From NCBI GenBank assembly GCA_965645245.1, contig OZ287070.1, forward strand, positions 806,001 to 870,000: 64,000 nt of DNA. The letters are read 5' to 3'. The translations under genes were made by a program, and so were the position numbers. Positions within the stretch are counted from its first letter, which is position 1. Each line of letters begins with the position of its first letter. Positions 11,186 to 23,580 of the stretch are shown here, in pieces. Source of the stretch: Massalongia carnosa. Its lineage: Eukaryota. The notes under the pieces are model-generated. The model was not told where the DNA came from. It did no database searches and saw only the letters and a list, made by a program, of their open reading frames with translations.

Positions 11186-12964
11186 AGTGGCAATAGGCAG
11201 CCTAGTAATCAAGCGTATACAATAGGAAAGGCAAGGTCGGAGGTGTACGCTTGCGAGACGCTTGCGAGAGGAGTGTTGTTTTCAAATTGTTGAGCATGGA
11301 AATGCCTTCTTCAGAGGAAATATCCACCTGCCTCATAAGGAGGCTCTTTAGCAGTGTCGACAGCTATCATACATGCCTATATGAGAGCAAACCTGAGCAC
11401 TTTCGCAAGGAAAGTCTATTGTCGGACTCGGGCATACCAGCGAAGAATGAATTCAGAGGAATGGAACCCATCAAACACAAAATCACATTTCGCCCCATAT
11501 GATTCTCAGAGAAAAAGAACAGCCCAGCTGTACTCCTGTACATGACGATTATCCCGCCAAAACGTGGCTTCCACGCCATGCCACGCCGTCCCCAAGGAGA
11601 AAGAAGAAAAAAAAGAAACACACCCACCTATCCGCCCCAGGTCCACAACCTCAGGTTCCAATGCTGTCGATAAGACATTACTAGGGAAAGGCAAAGAAAG
11701 ATTTCAAGCCGCAAATTATGAAATTATGCGTTATCACAACCACAGAAAAACGTGTGGGGGGAAGGTTTCTCCGAAACGCCTGGTGGTTGTTTGGAGAAAA
11801 AGCAGTTGGAACCCTATCCATCCCCCAACAAAATTTGCCGGGGCGAGTTCAACAAGAAAAGAAAGAAAAGAAAAGAAAAGAGGGATATGGGTCGGTAAAA
11901 GTATTGCAAGGTTGCATGGGCTTGAAAGCGCCTCTTCTGTCCAGGGAACTTTTTGTTAGGGAAACGTTAAGGGGGGAAACAAAACCTCTCATCTAACTAA
12001 AGAATCCGGCGGAGCGATTCGTTCTAGTCCCGAGAACCAAGTCTTGATCATCCATTAGACGGAAGAAGGATTTCTAGATGCCGCTGCCGCTGCCGCTTTG
12101 CTGTAAAGATGGATCCATGGTCCATGGAGCAGTCAAGATGAAACAAAGCCTCAACCTCTTAAAAACCTTTACTTACGCACCCCCACCCTTCTACCGCCAA
12201 AACCGTGCCGCCCCGTGTCACATTACCTTTTCTACAAACATTCAAATCTCTCTTTTCTCTCTCTATTTTTACATACGTACCAAAACCCCCCCCGTTTCCC
12301 AACTTCCAGACCTGGAAGAGGTAGAATTCACACCTACATACAATGAATATTAAAAAGGAAACACACGTCCGGGGTTTTGATCGGCACCTGGTCACGGGGG
12401 GAGGGGGCAAAGGTCTACCTAGCTTTTTCTCCTGACTGTAGCCGGATGAACGGAGGAGGCGGTTTTTCATGTATCGGAAGGGCTGAGCGGGGAAAGGCAA
12501 GGCAGAGTGTTTGGTGATTGTTATTTTTTCGATGAGAGCGGGTGACGACGATAGGATGGGTTAGCTTGGTGAAAGTTGGGTCTTATGAGGGGGAGCGTTT
12601 TTTGGAGGGGAGAGAGGGGAGGGGTTTGTTTTTTGCTTTTTTGAGTTGGGTTAGTATTAGTGAGGAGTGATGCGTTTTTGCGTCAAGGGGAGAAAAAAGA
12701 GGTAACAAGCTTGAAAATGTGAGAATTCATTAGATAGCGATGGTAATATTTACAAGCGTTCTAAGATCTACCATATATACTCCTTCCTCTCCACCTAGGA
12801 AGAACGACCTCCTCAAAGAGCCATAGAAAACCCCACCTAGAGAAATCCCTAATGCTATGCTTTGGGGGGGGGGAACTACTTTTCTTGATGCTACCTCCCC
12901 TAGTAAATTCTACAGAAAAAATAGGCGATAACAGGCAAAAGTATCCCCACCAAGTCTACAGTCG

Positions 12965-14654
12965 TCATCGCTTCATGATTGCGAAGCGGAGCATGCCCAT
13001 GGCGCCTCCCAGCAAAATTGCCGTTGGCGGGTTGACCCGAAACCAGGCGACGGCCACAAAAGCCGTGGCCGTGATAGCCACCAGCCAGGGGTCCGTCCCG
13101 AGCGGCGACCCTGATTGGACAACCGCGGTCAAGTACCCGATCTGCCATAGTTTGTATACGGCGGCATACACCAGCCCCACGGCGCTCGCGTTGACCCCGC
13201 GCAGCGCCGATAGAAACCACGTCCGCGAGCGCAGGATGCGCCACAAACCTGTGAAGCCTACCACGATAAGGAGGCCCGGGGTGTAGATAGCAACGAAGGC
13301 GATGAGGGCCCCGCAGAAGGAGGGGAGCGTTGTGCCGGCTGTGGCGAGGGAGCCAAGGTAGATGGCGAAGTTGAAGTTGGGGCCAGGGAAGGACTGAATT
13401 ATGGCAAGGCCGAGGAGGAAGTCGCGCGGGGAGACCCAGCCTTGGGTGACGATGTACTCGCGCAGGAGGGGGATGACTACAGGGCCTCCACCGAAAATGA
13501 TGGTTCCGGCAAGATAGAGGTCGGCGAAGAGGGAGAAGCCGCGGGGAGCATTGGGAATGACAACATGCACCACAACGATGATGGTGAAGGTCAAGAGGAA
13601 GAAGAGTAGGATGGTGGTACCAAATTTCCAGGACACGCTGGGGAAGTCGGCGAGCGAGTGGAGGAGTTCGGGATTTGGAAGATCGTCAGGGAGGATGGGT
13701 GGGTAGGTGTAGCGGCTTTTAGGAATGGAAATGGTTCGTGACGATGCGCATTCCTCCTCGGTGGATTTGCTTTCGCGACGAGAGCTTATGGGAGTTGGCG
13801 GTAGGGGTTTGACGTCGACCCATGATTCATGATGGCAATTCTCTATATCGTCAATCGACATTTTCTGCACTGTCGTAGGTCTCATCCAGCATCTCTTGAA
13901 AAGCGCTGTTATTGCGTGGAGGCATCGTAAATCCCAGACCGTTGTTGCTACGCCTGCGCCTATCATGAGGACAGGATAGTACCATAGAGCCGTGTATAGA
14001 ATGCCCATTACCCCTCCTAGGTACACGAGACCACGCGTGAGCTTGTCCGTTATTGCTTTCTCTGCAAGGCGAACGGCTGCTAAGGCGATGATACCAACTG
14101 TCGCAGCGTTAAGTCCTGATAGCAAGGCATATACGGGAATCGGGAGTGTGTTCCCGACTCGGGAGATGCCTACGGACAGGCCATACATTCCAACCGCGCC
14201 AGGCAAACTATATCACATCGTTAGATTATTTTTCCTATCCTTTGATTGAAACCCCTTGCCGAGGGGTAACGCACCTGAACATTAGGAAGGCGATGAAGCC
14301 TGCCAAGAATCCACCATGAATAACATTAATTGTGAATAACATTTTTATACTCGCGGAGCCAGGCAGTGCTTGGCTGATTGCAAAGATTTGTTGATACTGC
14401 AGCGGGCCATCAGTGACTATGCCCAACAGGAGCGTCTTTCCTCTACTGACCATTGGCTCGTCAATCCAGCCCAGCTCCTCTACGAATTTTTGATGAAACT
14501 GTGAAATCGTCAGCAACTCGCGCAATTACTGATCTGGTCTTAGATCGCACGAATTGCCTACAGTTTGAAATTGCACAGGAGGCCCTCCAAATGCAGTAAA
14601 ACCTAAATGCCAATTCGCCCTGATCACATCTCTGTATCGACGCCATATTCCCAT
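12965..14654 (-). CDS. Chromate ion transporter (CHR family, long bidomain type)
   Basis: Spliced N-terminus MGIWRRYRDVIRANWHLGFTAFGGPPVQF...FAISQALPGSAS. Second domain GTIIFGGGPVVIPLL...AIIQSFPGPNFNFA. Three GT-AG introns between ~14210 and 14561. Start codon uncertain. Confidence 0.9.
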
Positions 14655-16984
14655 GATTTCTTTGCGAAGACTAAAAAAGCCCACAATACACAAAGTAGAA
14701 AGATTATGTACAGTTTATTAGGGATGTTGGTCGAAGAAGAAACGGACGAGAATATATAGTTTTTTTGTTAAACGAAACAATAAAAACCTCGAACAAGCAA
14801 AAAACCCGAGGAAAAGTATAAGATAACAGTAACTTCCTTGGAGATATCTTCCCGTTCTATAGACTGCCATGTTTGACGGCACCGCAGGCGTATCAGAGCA
14901 GAGTGCAGTGTTATACACCAGTTTTGTCACTCTCCTCGGAGGGACTGGCTGGAAGAACATCCTTCATCAAAAATAAGCAGAGCAAAATTTGCTCTTTGGT
15001 TTCGCATCAACGCATCAACGCCGCGTGACCGACGAATATGGTTCACCAGTGGTGATATGTGGCTCATGATTGCATGGTTCAATCCGGTCGACTCGATGCT
15101 TGGGGTTAAACACGACAGATCCGACGTCACCATAAGCATCCCATTGGTTTCTAGATCGCCACTGTTCGTCTATCATCCCAAGAGCCATGACCGATGGCGC
15201 GGAACGGGTCGATTCAACCTTGCAAGCAAAGTCTATCGGATCTCGGCCTGTCTATTCGAAACCGTTCACCCTGCCAGGCCTTGAGCGCTCGACTTGGGCA
15301 TCGAAATTTCCAAACTGGCGCACTTTTCCTTGTATGGCTTCCTAAAGAGCGAAGCTAGGCGCGTCCGAGAAAACATGCACCGGAGGGTAATCGCTGGATT
15401 CGCCGCTACCCCGCATCCTCAGGTTTCTCTATTGCCGCCATGCTCGAACGTTGTACTGCAATATGCAACGAGTCCAAGGCGAGATGGTTTGTAGCCGCTC
15501 ATGATACTTGCAACACAGACTGGCCGCTTTTTGCAGATTAAAGCGGGACAACGGGACTCTCCCGGCAAGTGTGACGGCTCGCTAAGACTTGGATCCATTT
15601 AGTCGTCCTAAGGATCAAGAGGAATAATGATCTTCCGCGCCATATCAACGCGAAAAGTCAGTCCAACCCCGGGAACCTGACAGGTAGAACTTGTAATGTA
15701 GATCGACCGTAAGCCAGTGGGAGAAATGCACTATGCTCGGTTGTAAAGGAAGCTCCCAAGCACCCTCGGCCGCCTGAATCGTCGTATAGAATATGTGCAG
15801 CATTCTGGTTGACTAAGAGGTCTGCATTTCCCTCGGGATTTATACTGTAAGTGCAGCGCCGCGAGACTTCGCTGATGAATCTTTTGGATATTTCGGCCGG
15901 CGAGCCCACCGTTAATTTCATCAATAGAATAATCAGGAAATCCAGAGATCCGATGCAGGTACAGTATCAACGCAGGCTTGTTGGTTTCAGGTCAGGACTC
16001 GGACCTTGAGGGTATATTGCCGCTGGAATCTGCCCACGGTGCTTCCGAAAAGTCTAGCAGAGCGAGGGTGAACCCAAGCGCTGCGCGCAAATACGTGCGA
16101 ACTTTTCATCATGTAAAGAACGCAGTAGTCAGTATGGTAAGTCGCAGGTCGTCCAGATGCACTCTGTAGAGCTGTCGTTAGCCTGTGGCGTCGTCTTTTG
16201 CTGCATTAATTTAATGCACCAGGGTTGTGTCTGCGCCATAGTGGCCGAAAGAGACTTAAAAGCCTTTGCGGATCAAGCTAGAGGACGTTTGAACAAAACT
16301 TGCAAATCGTGAATAGAAACCAGAAGTATAAACCCCAACCGGTCGAGCTCTGCTCGTGTTTATCAGTTCAACAATGCTGATCACGCCATAGAACGTCCAT
16401 TGGCAGGCGGGCGGGCCTCCTTGTAGCCTCGTCGGCCTCCCGAGCACATTTGGGCTCGTGTCGCGTTTCGGCCCTTCTCCTGGGAACCTACGCATCACCA
16501 CCACAAGCCTCACAAGCATTGAGACTGGTCACACACAAGTCTTTCCCGTTCCTATTAATTGCGTGATCACTGCGCACCACTTCATCGTCAAGTCATATAA
16601 CCTATCATGTGAAAAATCCGTTGAAATATTGGAGGGAATGCCACTTCAGGCCGACCAATCTCCATTTTGAAACTATTTCCGTGCCTACACGTTTTTTGCT
16701 ATCAATGTACGCAGTACAGAAAAAGACAAGTTCATTCTTGATGCCAAAGTTCAACACGCTAGACCCCGCGCTTGCAGACCCAATTCACTTGTTTCCAGCC
16801 AGATTTGCACTATTCCGAGCGCGAACGAAAAGAAAAATGACTCGCTATGGGGGTATGTCTATCGTAAGTGACGTTATGACCTGCAATGAAAGGAGAATGC
16901 TATGCCAAGCTCATCTGAATTCGGTAAGCTGGCTTCAAAGGAAGAATGATGTTGTTGGCGAGAATAGTCGAAGTCATTAATGTC

Positions 16985-18436
16985 TTAATGTCTGTGATGC
17001 CGATGACCTGCCGCGCCGAAGATTCTCGATCGCTTGTGCAATTTACAAGAATCGCAACGCACCACATTTGAAGGACTCGTTGGATTAATGACAGATGTGG
17101 TGGCCGGCAAAGCAGATGCTGTGCCGGCGAAACTCTTGATGAACCCTGCCAACGTCGTAGGTTGGGTAGGTACCTGCTCAGTCGATCGAATCGGGCTTGC
17201 GGACGGTTCGACAGTAGTAGTTAGGTAAGTGGTACTGGGGGATGGTGAGATGGTGACGATTGTTGTAGCAGGCGTAGGCTCAGCGTCGGCAGCGGTCACG
17301 GTAATAGTGACTGACTTCTCCTCAGGGACCTTGGTTACCGTGATAGTGACGGGAGGCGCTGGAACTGCTAATGTTGGCTTCACTGTTGGATTTTGTGGAG
17401 CTGGGGTTTCGTGTGACAGCGGTGCTTGACTTTCTGGTTGTTGGCCGGCCTGCGGAGCCGTAGATTGTTGTGGTGGTGACGGCGATGACTGGGGCTGAGC
17501 AAGCGGCAGGGCAGGAGCGTCGGACTTTTGGGTAAGATCTTTCATGTATTGTGGGATTGCCATGTTATTCAAAAGCGAGTTGTCGGCGCTAGCCTTGATA
17601 TCTAGGTTCTTCTGAGCAGGTGCTGATGCTTTTGTGTCGGGCTTGTCAACCACTTGGACGTCCATGCATGTCGTGTAGCTCTCTTCTTTACCTTTCGGTA
17701 ACCCAGGATCCACATTGGGACTTGTTGGCCAGTCCCATACCCAGTAAAGAGTATACGGCTTTCCAGTTGGAGCGTCAGCGGGAATGGCAATGTCGTTTTG
17801 GCACCAAAGATCTCCACCTGTGAGCGGGCTGGGCTGATGCGGAAATTTAGCCTGGCGGTTGGCTGAGATCGCGCCCCCGTTGATTTGGTAGCACTGGCTA
17901 TCGTCGAAAGGCTGAGTTGCTAGAAGCTTTCCTCGTTTATCCCCTCCTGTACCCTCTGCATTCCACTGCTTGTGGATTCCTAGAAAGGTGTCTGTTTCTG
18001 ACGGCTGCGTCGTACCGTAGATGAAGACATTTCCTCGGTTTTTTGGCTTCCCAGGTTGATTTTCGGGGAGGGTTACGTGCCCATTTTCCTGATAGCGAAG
18101 AGCGACTAAGCTTCCGGGAGCTGCCTGCAGCCGTGGACTTCCATCTGTTTGGACCGGCTTTTTCTGGCTGTCTTTGCACATGGGGTCCGACTTTAAGATC
18201 CCATCTGCGGCGGCTCTGCCATTGGGAGGGAGAAGGTTGACCATGAGGGGATCACCAAAGTTCGGCGCTGTCCTAAGAACGTTGCCGCGAGGAAATCCGG
18301 GGGCCCCAGTGAATGTACCATCAGGGTCGATGACGGTCAACTGCTCGACCCAAGAGTGGGCGCTGGTTATCGACGTGAAAGATGCAAACGCCACCAGGGC
18401 GCTGCAGTAGCGGACGATTGTAAATGAAGGCATCAT
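16985..18436 (-). CDS. Secreted protein with His at predicted mature position 1 (LPMO-like, probably DUF7492-type) and a Pro/Thr/Ser-rich tail
   Basis: Hydrophobic signal peptide ending TSA|HSWVEQL. Globular domain with YQENGHVT, YTLYWVWDWPT and ESYTTCMDV. Mucin-like C-terminal half. Confidence 0.75.
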   Translation of the reverse strand: MMPSFTIVRYCSALVAFASFTSITSAHSWVEQLTVIDPDGTFTGAPGFPRGNVLRTAPNFGDPLMVNLLPPNGRAAADGILKSDPMCKDSQKKPVQTDGSPRLQAAPGSLVALRYQENGHVTLPENQPGKPKNRGNVFIYGTTQPSETDTFLGIHKQWNAEGTGGDKRGKLLATQPFDDSQCYQINGGAISANRQAKFPHQPSPLTGGDLWCQNDIAIPADAPTGKPYTLYWVWDWPTSPNVDPGLPKGKEESYTTCMDVQVVDKPDTKASAPAQKNLDIKASADNSLLNNMAIPQYMKDLTQKSDAPALPLAQPQSSPSPPQQSTAPQAGQQPESQAPLSHETPAPQNPTVKPTLAVPAPPVTITVTKVPEEKSVTITVTAADAEPTPATTIVTISPSPSTTYLTTTVEPSASPIRSTEQVPTQPTTLAGFIKSFAGTASALPATTSVINPTSPSNVVRCDSCKLHKRSRIFGAAGHRHHRH

Positions 18437-20390
18437 GGGGAGTAGTTTGGAGCGTAAAATCGGATTAAACGAGGTACGTTTTGGAGTTTGATTTGAGGCG
18501 ATGGCGTTTGATGTTAGGTGTATAAGACCGGCCAGCGCTGTAGATGAGAGTTTGGAGATGTAAAGAACTGTAGAGGTATGGTGGTTGGAAAGGATGGAAC
18601 TGTAACGGGGGAGTTTATTATTTATGCATTTAGCTAAGAAATGAAGACGACAAAGATGACTCTAACGATGAATGGGCATGTCCAGCATGGTAAAGAGAAA
18701 ATGGAAGGGACAATAGAAAGGCTGTCTAGATAAAGAAAGATTGCGGTGAGGCCAAGAGATAAATGGAATTGAAGAACAATAAGAGTCTTTGAATAAGAAT
18801 GTTGTGGAACAAGCCAAGCGGGATCATGGCGCCGCCACGGAACAGGGTTAGACCACGTTCTTTGTTTGGGTTCCCCAGGGCCAGAGATGGGGCAGATGTG
18901 CTAGGAAGCTGTGGCAAACATCTTCACATCCAGTCGTCAAGAACCAATGACAACTTGGTTCACACTTAACACCAAACGTGAATGCTGTCGCACTCCTCCT
19001 GTGGAAACCTTTTACCACATATATCTACGGAGTCCATCGAGGGGGAAGCTGTAACAGAAAGAATTGCCCGGGGCGGGTCAGGAACTCCAGTCGGGCCTCC
19101 TTCTTGGGGTGCAAGAATGATAGGCCGCAACACCGTTGTCGCTGTGACGCGTGCAATCTCAAAGCTGAATGGGTGTCGGGGCCGCGCAGGTCGCTGGGGA
19201 ATCACGTTGGGGTGGCCTCAGGGAGTAATTGTAGGGTGCCACCTGTAAAATGTTTCGTGATGTACAAGAATGCGGAGTAGCTTGCGTGTAGCCAGCAAGT
19301 CTACCTATAGAATGGAAGGGGAAAGGGAACGGATGCTTTAGCGTTCGCGTCATGTTTCATACACGATCGTGTTTCAGTTTTAGATGCTCATTGGATGCGC
19401 GCGTTCCTTCAGGGCCAGCGGTTGGGTGGCCAGGAGTTTACTAAATTTAACCAAGGGCCGGTTACAAAACTTCACGCAGTTGCATAGGTAGTCTACTATA
19501 AACGTACGGAATGGAGCAAGTGGGTGGGGGATAGGACAGCCAAGAACATGCCTAGGTATGTGCGAGAGCACTTGTATCAAATCATATAAATGGCCTCTTC
19601 CGAAAAAGATGAAGTGCTAGGTAGGGTGGTAGGCCATGAGGGATCTTAGAATAGGTAGTTTCCTGCCACGGAAAGACGTTCAGCCTGCTTGGTCGCAAAG
19701 ACACGACGGGCCAAGGGACTATGATCGTTAAGGTGCTATTTGTGAGTCGCATCTGCCCGAGACGATGATAAAGCCTCGAATACACTTCCCCTGAGGGAGT
19801 TGGAAACAATATTGCTCCGAGTCCGTAGCAGTTTGGTAGTTTAATAGCAAATGCTATCGAAGCTTTGCCAAGGAACTTGGATACACACCAAGCAGACGAG
19901 CGGAAAAGTACAGCTTCTCTACCTCTCAGAGGGAATACGTCTTAGGAAGAAGCAAGGGCAATTGACGTTGTGGAAGAGTTCACGATGATGAGGACATGAT
20001 GAGAATAGGATTGAAGTGCGTTTTTCAACCGGTGCTGTCTCTCTCATACGCCGTAAGTACGAGTGATTGCCCCTATCTCTTCCTCAATCTTGTGAAGAGC
20101 TATCCATTTTTGTAAATCTATCGCTGGATAATTGTTGTCTTGTTGGAGAACGACCCGGAGCGATTCCGTCTTCGATTACGGAAACCCTTCCTTCCCCTGA
20201 ATAGATACCTCGGCACGTGCTGACCCGGTTAACTTCGGTTAACTATGTATGTACCTAACGTTAATCGGTTAGCGGGGTGAGCTGTGAAGGTACATTACCT
20301 ACCCCGCAGCCCCATGAAAGAACAAGTACATGCCACATAAAAAACTCGCCTTGTGTTCTCAGTAATCTTTTGTAGTTCTTCACACCACCC

Positions 20391-21177
20391 ATGGCCACAG
20401 ATTGTGATAATCTGCTTTGCAAGACAGCTTTGGTGGTGGTAGACATGCAAGAAGACTTTTGTCCACCCGTGTGTGAGTCGGCAATCGAATGGCAATCATC
20501 GTTACTAATCCATAAACCTGTAGCATGGTTCTTTAGCAGTCAATGGCGGGCGGGAGGTGGTGCCAACGATCAACCAACTCCTTTCTCTCCCTTACTCGCT
20601 CCGAGTTGCAACCAAAGACTTCCATCCTACGGATCATATTTCATTTGATACATCTCATGCTGCCCCCAACAACAAGCCCTTTAAATCTTCCGTCATGATC
20701 ACCAATCCCTTGAACCCGAGGGAATCGCAGGACATTCCAATTTGGCCGGTGCACTGTGTTCAGGGCACTAAAGGTGCCGAAATCATTCCAGAATTAGACA
20801 CATCAAAAATCGATGTTATCGTCGAGAAGGGTAAAGAAAAAGGTGTTGAAATGTTTTCTGCATTTGCGGATGTCTTCGGAAATAAAAATGGAGCAGCTAG
20901 TCTTGATCTTACAGCTTTGTTGAAAAGTAAAGCAATAGACTCCGTACATGTCGTGGGTTTAGCTGGGGATTTTTGCGTTAGGTACACCGCGCTTGATGCT
21001 AGGAAGGAGGGCTTCCAAGTTTTGGTTGTTGATGAAGGTACAAGAAGCGTGAATACTGGAAGACAAGGCTGGGAGGCAACATTGAAAGAATTTCAGACTT
21101 TCAACATTAAGGTCGTGAGCATTCATGATACTGAAATACAAGATTTGGCAAGACAACGCCAAGGCTCGTCCAAATGA
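20391..21177 (+). CDS. PNC1: Nicotinamidase/pyrazinamidase (isochorismatase family)
   Basis: ALVVVDMQEDFCPP|HGSLAV via intron 20469-20523; TKDFHP..H; WPVHCVQGTKGA; VGLAGDFCV (catalytic Cys). Confidence 0.92.
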
Positions 21178-21513
21178 AAGTTGAGAATGTGAGGCCGTGG
21201 TCAAGGAAGTATCGCCAGTTGAACTTTCGACTAAGCTGGGGTCTCTTTGCAGTATGGGTAAATAGACGATGGCTTTTTGCAATCTGTCGATAAGGAGCCG
21301 AATTCCAGGAGACCTTGTTCAGGCGAAATCTCATGCGCCCTTATGTTCCGAGTACGCAAGATCCGAGGTCCTTTTCCTTGAGGGTTGAAAGCGATCGACA
21401 GGCCATGCCGGGTGCCTCACGCTAACCCCAGCCCAAACCACTTCTGTAGCGTTTTCTCCAGAGCACTTGAATAACCACCTTGGGAAACCTCCAGAAATTC
21501 TCTCTTTCTAAAC

Positions 21514-22220
21514 ATGCCATCTTCCAAGGGAACTCCCACGAACAAAGCTTTGCGTGATGAGATAAAAAGAAGTTAGTTCATAGTTTGACTGGGTCCGGGT
21601 GGTGATGTCATAGCGCCCAGCTGACAGGTCTTACATGCAGATGTGCAGGATGAAACCAACAAAGACGGATCAGGGAAAGGACAGTGGAGTGCATGGAAGG
21701 TATGAAGGTCCGAAACTGATGCCATCGGAAATTTTGTCTTCTACGATCAGCCCAAGATGATATACTATATCATCCAGCCGCTTATTATCATATATGTTTC
21801 CAGGCTACAAAACTGTCTAAGAAGTACGAAGAAGCAGGGGGCGAATACAGAAATGAGCCTGGTTCAAAAAATGTGCCCTCCAGAGGGCCTCCAAAAGCGA
21901 AATCTAAAACTCAAAAAGACGAGGAGTTGAAAACAGACGCGTCCCCCGCTAAGGAGACCGAGGGGGAGAAGGAAACGAAGATGGAGAAGCCCAAAGCAAA
22001 TAGTGGCAAGAAAGCCTTGAAAAAGAAAGACGATGACAACGCTAAGGCTTCGAAAGAGAAGAGAATACCTGCAGCCGGTACCAGGAAGAGTGCTCGTCTG
22101 GGCAACAAACGCAGTGCTCCAGAGATAGAAAGGAACAATGGCGAAGACGAGGAGACTGTAAATGAGGAGGAAGTGAAAGAGAAAGCTCCAAAGAAAAAGG
22201 CTAGAACGGCGACGAAGTGA
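21514..22220 (+). CDS. Small Lys/Glu-rich protein with an N-terminal GQWSAWKA..L.K.YE..GG.Y motif (DUF5872-like)
   Basis: Introns 21572-21640 and 21700-21803 give MPSSKGTPTNKALRDEIKRNVQDETNKDGSGKGQWSAWKATKLSKKYEEAGGEYRNEPGSKNVPSRGPPK... The family assignment is from memory. Confidence 0.75.
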
Positions 22221-23580
22221 AGGTATAGCAAAGATATCTTCCATGGATCGTCGTTGACTCTTTTTCATATTGCGATGCATGCAAGTGATCACCAAATATT
22301 TTCTTGCTTTTGTTATTAAGTTTCCATAATTCCATTTACTTCATTTTGGTATCTGGGTGCAAGGGCGTGGATATGGGCGAAACCCAAGCTTCTCGTTTGA
22401 GTAATAACTTTGAGACGAGCCTCTGGATTGCAATGCAACACCACAAGTGTAATTGATTGGTGGGCTTCCTTCAGGCTTGGTGCTTCTTTTTGTCGTCGCA
22501 AGCTTCGATCACTGTAGTTGTTTATCAACCCCATTTCCGCACGATTTTAGGCGCTACAAGAGGGCTTGGCCGAAACCTGTTTAGTTCATAAATCGGAGCC
22601 GGAACATCATTCATTCACACTCTTAAAGAGGGTCATAGGGGCTTCCTATAGCGCGATGGCGAGAGAGAGATCGAGAAACGAAGCCCCAGCAGGTCTATGG
22701 TTTCCTAATTCGACCTGGAAGTCAGCACGGTGAATCACATAGCTGCATGAGCTGAAGTGAATCACTGGCTATTAACCAATCTTACATATCCTTTTATTAT
22801 GATCATTCTAATCCCTTTACTCCATCAAGGGCTCCTTGGTTACCTGGGGCTTTTCTGAGCTTTGCCTTTAGGTTGCTAACCTGACCAAGCGTGCCTCCCT
22901 AAAATCGCTTGAAGCTTCCATTACCATAGATCCTAAAGATCAAGCTTCAGCGGTTCTAGCCTCACTGAAGGTGGGTGTCCATCCCTTTTACTTACGATCT
23001 CGACAGTTCAATATTCCACCTCACATAGCTTCACCAATTGCCACATTCCTCCTTTCCATACCACATCAGACCCTCATTCAACCCAGTGTCACAATCTAGG
23101 AAGATATCTTTGCTATCCTCCGAGAGTCTCGAGAATTTCTCCATGTCTTTTGGGAACACCAGCCTTGGTGTCTTGTAACGCTAACTGGGCCTCGAAAACG
23201 GGCTGGCCTTCAACGTTAGAGCCAGTTTCTGAACGCCGCATATAGTACGTATATCACTTCAAACTCTATAAAATGCTCTCAATATTCACTTTTATCTGCA
23301 TTCGTTTTACTACCATTCTTAGTCCAAAGGTTCGGTGATTGTTCTACATGAACCTACCACCCACCTATATCTTCATGTAACAATATTGCATCTATCATAT
23401 TCACAAGCTAGATTTTTGAGAGGATCCAGAGCTACAATAAAGCTTGCTAACTTTATAACACTGAAAAGCTGGAAGGACTTAATTGTTGAAATCATAGATC
23501 ACATGGAACTCGACGGTAATTGAAAACCAACACTTTTTTGTGAAACAACTTATTAACTTGATTCCACAGATTTTTGTGCC

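Noticed and set aside
10620..12960. Telomerase RNA or snoRNA cluster
   Set aside because: The size would fit, but there is no TAACCCTAA template (only CTAACCCA), no completed pseudoknot and no clear paired C/D boxes.
14700..16980. Many 60-120-aa ORFs between the CHR and LPMO-like genes
   Set aside because: No motifs and no consistent splice model; lengths are compatible with chance.
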